Positions 51,141 through 55,141 of a DNA stretch of 55,141 bases are shown here, piece by piece. The number at the start of each line of letters is the position of its first letter. The first letter of the stretch is position 1. The notes below the pieces were generated by a model. It was not told where the DNA came from, did not search any database, and saw only the letters and a program-made list of their open reading frames with translations. The position numbers were made by a program, and so were the translations under genes. The stretch lies in contig DEIT01000193.1 of NCBI GenBank assembly GCA_002352635.1, positions 11,545 to 66,685 on the forward strand, read 5' to 3'. The stretch comes from Hyphomicrobiaceae bacterium UBA2767 (GTDB taxonomy: Bacteria > Pseudomonadota > Alphaproteobacteria > Rhizobiales > Methyloligellaceae).

Positions 51141-53153
51141 TCAATCCGGTTCGATCTCGATCAGCAACTCATCGGCAACGACGTGATTGCCTGCGGTGGT
51201 GCAGACCTCGCTTACAGTACCATCGGTTTCCGCCACGATGATATGTTGCATCTTCATCGCCTCTAAAACCATCAACCGGGTGCCGGTCGACACTTTATCG
51301 CTTTGCGCCACGAAAATCTCCAGCACCGTGCCGTGCATGGGTGCCAGAACACGGCTGCTGCTGGCGGTGTCATTGGTGACGTCGGGGAATGCGATGCAGT
51401 TGCGGAACACCGATCTGCGGCCATCCATAGAGAGCTCGACTATACCTGGAAGGGGAGCCGAATAGAGGACGTGATGCCGTCTCTCTCCATTGATTTCCAT
51501 ACACGCGCTGGTGCTGTCAAAACTGATGACGTGAAGCATGCTCTCGCCATCGCCAAGGCGCACGATATAGCGATCATCGCCACGCGGTGTGACGATGATA
51601 TCAAGCTCGCCGTCCTCAAATGGATAGATATAGCGGGTGAGAAGATGTCCGGCACTTGACCAGTTGAGCAGCTCGGCGCTGACGTTCAGCGTGTTCTCAA
51701 AAGCACTCTGGCGCTCTATCAGATATTGCAAGACCGCTGCTATCTTCGCACCCGTCAGGGAGGCCTTTGCTCCAGCAAGAGCGTCTTTGCTGAATTCTTC
51801 ATCTATGAAAGCGGTGGTCGCTTCGCCTGAGCAGAATGTCTCCTGCTTCAGGATCTGGATTAAAAACCCCTGATTGCTGGTGATGCCGAACAGAGCTGTC
51901 TCTTTCAGGGCGCGCAATAATCTGCGCCGGGCCGTGTCACGGGTATCCCCCCAGGCGATAATTTTTGCCAACATCGGATCATAGAATGGCGAGAGTTGGA
52001 GGCCGGTTTCGATGCCTGTATCAGTACGGATACCCTCGCCATTGGCGGGCTGCCACAGATCAATCGAGCCGGTTACCGGCAAAAAATCCTGTCCAGGGTC
52101 CTCCGCATAAAGGCGCACCTCTATCGCATGCCCGTTCAGGGTGATTTCGCTTTGCATGAACCCGAGGGGGCGGCCCTGCGCCACCTCGATCTGCAGCGCG
52201 ACCAGATCGAGGCCGGTAATCATCTCGGTCACTGGATGTTCCACCTGCAGGCGGGTGTTCATTTCAAGGAAGTAAAATTCACCGCTTGCGTCCAATAGAA
52301 ATTCGACAGTTCCGGCGCCCAGATAGCCGATGCTGCGGGCAGCTTCAGCTGCGGTTTCGCCCATGCGCGCGCGCAAATCTTGGGTCATAACGGGGCAGGG
52401 TGCTTCCTCCACGACCTTTTGGTGACGGCGCTGTACCGAGCAGTCGCGTTCTCCCAGATGAACGACATTGCCATGTGCGTCAGCGAAAACCTGCACTTCC
52501 ACGTGGCGGGGGCGAAGGATGGCCTTTTCCAGGATCAACTCATCAGATGCAAAAGTGTTTAATGCTTCCGATCGCGCTGCGCTTAATGCCTCGACGAGTT
52601 CGTTTTTTTTGCCGACCAGCCGTATCCCGCGTCCGCCGCCACCAGCAGCGGCCTTGACCATCAGCGGAAATCCAATCTCCTGAGCGGCTTTCAGCAAGGC
52701 TTCGTTCGACTGATTCTCACCATCGTAGCCCGGCACGCAACGGACTCCGGCCTCGACCATGCGCTGGCGCGCCTGAGCCTTGTTTCCCATCAGGGCAATG
52801 GCGTCTGTACCCGGTCCAATGAAGGTCAGCCCTGTGTTGAGGCAGGTGCTGGCGAAATCGGCGTTTTCCGACAAGAAGCCATACCCGGGATGGATGGCTT
52901 CGGCGCCCATAGTCCGGGCGGCCTGGAGTATCCGCTCGCCATTAAGATAGGAGTCCGCGACGGGTGCGGCTCCAATCAGGACAGCTTCATCGGCGATCCG
53001 GACGTGCAGCGCCGCCGCATCCGCTTCAGAATAGACTGCTATGGTGCGATAGCCGAGCGCTTTTGCCGTTCGTATCACGCGGACGGCAATTTCGCCGCGG
53101 TTGGCGACAAGAATACTGTTGAACGTATTGAGGTGACGTTGTTCTATGCTCAT
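51141..53153 (-). CDS. Acyl-CoA carboxylase alpha subunit (biotin carboxylase + BT + BCCP domains; MccA/AtuF-like)
   Basis: 670 aa. ILVANRGEIAVRVIRTAKALG...EMNTRLQVEHPVTE is followed by a C-terminal biotinyl domain with LMVLEAMKMQH. Confidence 0.9.
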   Translation of the reverse strand: MSIEQRHLNTFNSILVANRGEIAVRVIRTAKALGYRTIAVYSEADAAALHVRIADEAVLIGAAPVADSYLNGERILQAARTMGAEAIHPGYGFLSENADFASTCLNTGLTFIGPGTDAIALMGNKAQARQRMVEAGVRCVPGYDGENQSNEALLKAAQEIGFPLMVKAAAGGGGRGIRLVGKKNELVEALSAARSEALNTFASDELILEKAILRPRHVEVQVFADAHGNVVHLGERDCSVQRRHQKVVEEAPCPVMTQDLRARMGETAAEAARSIGYLGAGTVEFLLDASGEFYFLEMNTRLQVEHPVTEMITGLDLVALQIEVAQGRPLGFMQSEITLNGHAIEVRLYAEDPGQDFLPVTGSIDLWQPANGEGIRTDTGIETGLQLSPFYDPMLAKIIAWGDTRDTARRRLLRALKETALFGITSNQGFLIQILKQETFCSGEATTAFIDEEFSKDALAGAKASLTGAKIAAVLQYLIERQSAFENTLNVSAELLNWSSAGHLLTRYIYPFEDGELDIIVTPRGDDRYIVRLGDGESMLHVISFDSTSACMEINGERRHHVLYSAPLPGIVELSMDGRRSVFRNCIAFPDVTNDTASSSRVLAPMHGTVLEIFVAQSDKVSTGTRLMVLEAMKMQHIIVAETDGTVSEVCTTAGNHVVADELLIEIEPD

Positions 53154-53192
53154 CTCGCGCAGCTCAAACCCGATCGTCCCGCCGTGAGGCCT

Positions 53193-54815
53193 TTACAGCC
53201 TGGCAATGCCAAAGCTGTTTGGGTTGACCTGGCGATTGCGGCCCTCCCGGCATGTCTCCAGAGCGAAGCCCAGGACCCGGCGTGTATCCCGGGGATCGAT
53301 AACTCCCTGGTCGAGCATTCGTCCCGAGGTATAAAAAGCGTCAGCCTGGTTTCTGAAATGCTCGATGATCCGCTGCTTCTGCGCTTCCAGCGCAGGCTCG
53401 TCGACGTCATTGCCGCGACGCTCCGCCGAACGCCGCGCCACCAGATCCATGGTCATGGCCGCCTGTTCGCCGCCCATTACGCCGGTCGTCGCATTCGGCC
53501 ATGTGAACAGAAAATCCGGGTCGTATCCCATGCCGGCCATGCCGTAGTTCCCGGCTCCGAAACTGGCGCCGACATAAAGGGTAATCTTCGGTACGCGAAT
53601 ATTGGAGACGGCCTGGATCATCTTGGCACCGTGCTTAATCATACCCTCATGCTCGTACACCTTACCAACAAGATAACCTGTCGTGTTCGAGAGAAAGATC
53701 ACCGGCATGTCCGCCTGATCGCAAAGCTGCATGAACTGCGCCGCCTTGGTTGCGCCGGCGGGGTCGAATGGTCCGTTGTTTCCGATAATGCCGCAGGCGT
53801 TTGCGTAGATGCTTCCCTGCAGACAGACGGTCGAGATGCCATAGCGTGGTTTGAAGTCCTCAAATTCCGAACCATCAACAAAGCGGGCAACTAATTCCCG
53901 CACGTCGTATGGTTTTTTGTAATCGATAGGCACGAGGCCAGCGATTTCGTCGGGTTCATAACGCGGTTCCTGGAAGGGCTGGAGGTCGAGCTTCGGGCAG
54001 TTTTTGTTCCAGTCCAGCTTTTTGACAAGGCTGCGCGCAATCAACAAAGCATGTGAATCATCTTCAGCCGTATACTCAACCAGGCCTGACACCGAGGCAT
54101 GCATGTCGGTGCCGGCCAGTTCCTCCTCGTCCGAGATCTCGCCCGTCGCTGCCTGGACCAGGGCAGCGCCGCCTAGCGAAGCCCGCCCGCGACCCCTGAC
54201 GCTGATAACATAGTCGCTCATGCCCGGTATGTAGGCGCCACCGGCGGTCGCCGGGCCGTGCAGAACCGTAATGGATGGGATGCCGGCCGCACTCAGAAGC
54301 GCCAGACGATAAAAGTTTCCGCCGCCATTGGCCCATTGCTCGACCCGGTATTGCATCAGATTGGCGCCGGCGCTTTCGACCAGATGAATGAAAGGCAACT
54401 TGTGGCGCCGCGCTAAATCCAGGCAGTTGCGTAATTTCGGACCCGACATGAAGGTGGAAGCGCCGGCGTTGATGCCGCTGTCGTTGGCATAAATCAGACA
54501 GCGAACGCTGCTGATGAAACCTATTCCAGCCAGAGAGCTGGCGCCTGGAACAGAGGTTTCGCGATCTTCGTCCTGGACCATGAAATTGGCGAGGCCATAG
54601 AGTTCCAGAAACGGCATTCCAGGGTCCAGCAATCGCAGCAGCCGCTCGCGCGGAGTCAGTTGGCCGCGTTCTTCAAAGCGGGCGCGGCGCTTTTCCGAGT
54701 GTGCCTCGGCCCGGCGCTTGAGTTCAAGGTATTCATCCATCAACGCCAGCATATCGCCGCGATTCGTGGAAAATTCCTCTGTGGTTGCGCTAAGTCTGGA
54801 AGCAAAAACACTCAC
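53193..54815 (-). CDS. Acyl-CoA carboxylase beta subunit (carboxyltransferase; MccB/AtuC-like)
   Basis: I start it at GTG 54815 (VSVFASRLSATTEEF...), 7 nt after GGAGA and overlapping the upstream stop as GTGA, giving 540 aa. ERGQLTPRERLLRLLDPGMPFLEL and GPATAGGAYIPGMSD are typical. The track start at 54980 adds an Arg/Pro-rich extension that overlaps the upstream gene. Confidence 0.85.
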   Translation of the reverse strand: MSVFASRLSATTEEFSTNRGDMLALMDEYLELKRRAEAHSEKRRARFEERGQLTPRERLLRLLDPGMPFLELYGLANFMVQDEDRETSVPGASSLAGIGFISSVRCLIYANDSGINAGASTFMSGPKLRNCLDLARRHKLPFIHLVESAGANLMQYRVEQWANGGGNFYRLALLSAAGIPSITVLHGPATAGGAYIPGMSDYVISVRGRGRASLGGAALVQAATGEISDEEELAGTDMHASVSGLVEYTAEDDSHALLIARSLVKKLDWNKNCPKLDLQPFQEPRYEPDEIAGLVPIDYKKPYDVRELVARFVDGSEFEDFKPRYGISTVCLQGSIYANACGIIGNNGPFDPAGATKAAQFMQLCDQADMPVIFLSNTTGYLVGKVYEHEGMIKHGAKMIQAVSNIRVPKITLYVGASFGAGNYGMAGMGYDPDFLFTWPNATTGVMGGEQAAMTMDLVARRSAERRGNDVDEPALEAQKQRIIEHFRNQADAFYTSGRMLDQGVIDPRDTRRVLGFALETCREGRNRQVNPNSFGIARL

Positions 54816-55141
54816 GCTAGGGTCTCCGCCAATGAGTTTGGAATTTCGACGGGGTGATCGAGCAGGATCTGGGCAAAGCCCTTGCCTTGGGGGTCGTTGC
54901 GCAAACTGGCGATCCCACCTCCGCCCAGCACGTCGTGCAGGAGGAAGTTGATGGCGTTTGGTCCCGGCATCAGAAAACACTCAACATCGCCCTTGAGGAA
55001 ATGCGCGAACCGGGCGGCCACGACCTCGGCGCTCAGGGCTGCCCATATATAAGGCAGGTACGCCGGTCTGCGCGCGACAATTCCGATATTGGCCTTGTCG
55101 CCCTTGTCGCCGCTCCGGCCCCAGGCGAGATCTATCAGGCG
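54812..55141 (-). CDS. C-terminal part of an AtuA-like (DUF1446) protein; N-terminus beyond the window
   Basis: The open minus-strand frame from the window edge reads RLIDLAWGRSGDKGDKANIGIVARRPAYLPYIWAALSAEVVAARFAHFLKGDVECFLMPGPNAINFLLHDVLGGGGIASLRNDPQGKGFAQILL... The G-R-S-G-D-K-G-D-x-A-N-I-G segment and the position directly upstream of the carboxylase beta gene recall AtuA. Confidence 0.55.
   Translation of the reverse strand, partial: RLIDLAWGRSGDKGDKANIGIVARRPAYLPYIWAALSAEVVAARFAHFLKGDVECFLMPGPNAINFLLHDVLGGGGIASLRNDPQGKGFAQILLDHPVEIPNSLAETLA

Noticed and set aside
52890-53894. A 334-aa plus-strand ORF spanning the junction of the carboxylase alpha and beta genes
   Set aside because: It is antisense to two strongly supported minus-strand genes, has an Arg-rich composition and shows no motifs.
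53193-54980. The track's long form of the carboxyltransferase beta subunit (595 aa, starting at 54980)
   Set aside because: The extra 55 residues are Arg/Pro-rich and overlap the 3' end of the AtuA-like gene. GTG 54815, with a GGAGA SD and a GTGA stop/start overlap, gives the usual ~540-aa length and N-terminus.
1-55141. Naming a specific substrate (for example biotin, lipoate, thiophene-carboxylate, DMSP-derived acids or thiodipropionate) from the rhodanese + DszC-like + amidohydrolase + beta-oxidation mix
   Set aside because: The idea is tempting, but no diagnostic gene for any of these pathways is present. There is no DmdA/DmdD set, no 3-mercaptopropionate dioxygenase and no molybdenum hydroxylase. 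I keep it only as a class-level hypothesis.
1-55141. Mobile elements, CRISPR arrays, tRNA/rRNA genes, and phage or defence systems
   Set aside because: I found no transposase, integrase or recombinase-like ORF, no regularly spaced repeats and no tRNA-like cloverleaf candidates in the few intergenic regions. Apart from the 26-bp tandem duplication, the short direct repeats in the CT/BCCP and MocR intergenic regions and some short palindromes, nothing repeat-like was seen.

Overview
This 55.1-kb window is gene-dense, with about 45 protein genes. I could not see any rRNA, tRNA, CRISPR array, transposase or integrase. It looks bacterial, with Shine-Dalgarno sites, overlapping start/stop codons and TRAP transporters. 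It reads as one large metabolic island built almost entirely around CoA-thioester chemistry.

Content:
- Five adenylate-forming ligases, three of them in tandem.
- Two family-III CoA-transferase/racemase-like genes.
- Two true acyl-CoA dehydrogenases (ACADs).
- Three paralogous DszC/SfnB-like ACAD-fold proteins and two HpaC-type flavin reductases.
- Two crotonases, two MaoC hotdog proteins and two SDRs, one of them MFE-2-like.
- An SCP-x-type thiolase preceded by an HMG-CoA-synthase-like::DUF35 fusion.
- An FMN enoyl-reductase/NMO-like protein, an MmgE/PrpD protein, an amidohydrolase-2 protein and two alpha/beta-hydrolase paralogs.
- Two biotin-dependent carboxylase systems. One is an atu/liu-like AtuA-CT-BC/BCCP module at the right edge. 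The other is a three-piece enzyme whose carboxyltransferase and 75-aa BCCP sit at the left edge while a BCCP-less biotin carboxylase lies 28 kb away.
- Transport: a TAXI-TRAP system, an orphan DctP-type binding protein, an MFS protein and an unclassified polytopic membrane protein.
- Regulators: one MocR (GntR-aminotransferase) and one LysR.

The ordinary reading is catabolism of methyl-branched (isoprenoid-like) carboxylic acids by racemase, D-specific beta-oxidation and beta-methyl carboxylation.

Several features do not fit that reading and are the most worth following up:
1. Two paralogous ~540-aa four-domain rhodanese proteins are translationally coupled into the acyl-CoA operons, one directly behind a PaaK-type adenylating enzyme.
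2. The island carries DszC-like oxygenase/flavin-reductase sets.
3. It carries its own riboflavin entry enzymes, with no visible FMN riboswitch: a RibB with a degenerate GCHII domain, and a RibA placed behind the biotin carboxylase.
4. The HMGCS-like::DUF35 fusion has Ala at the nucleophile position.
5. The ACAD next to the PrpD gene lacks both canonical catalytic Glu positions.
6. A 1.2-kb non-coding stretch holds a consensus promoter, an SD site and a perfect 26-bp tandem duplication.

All functional calls rest on by-eye motif recognition. No database search or alignment software was available.
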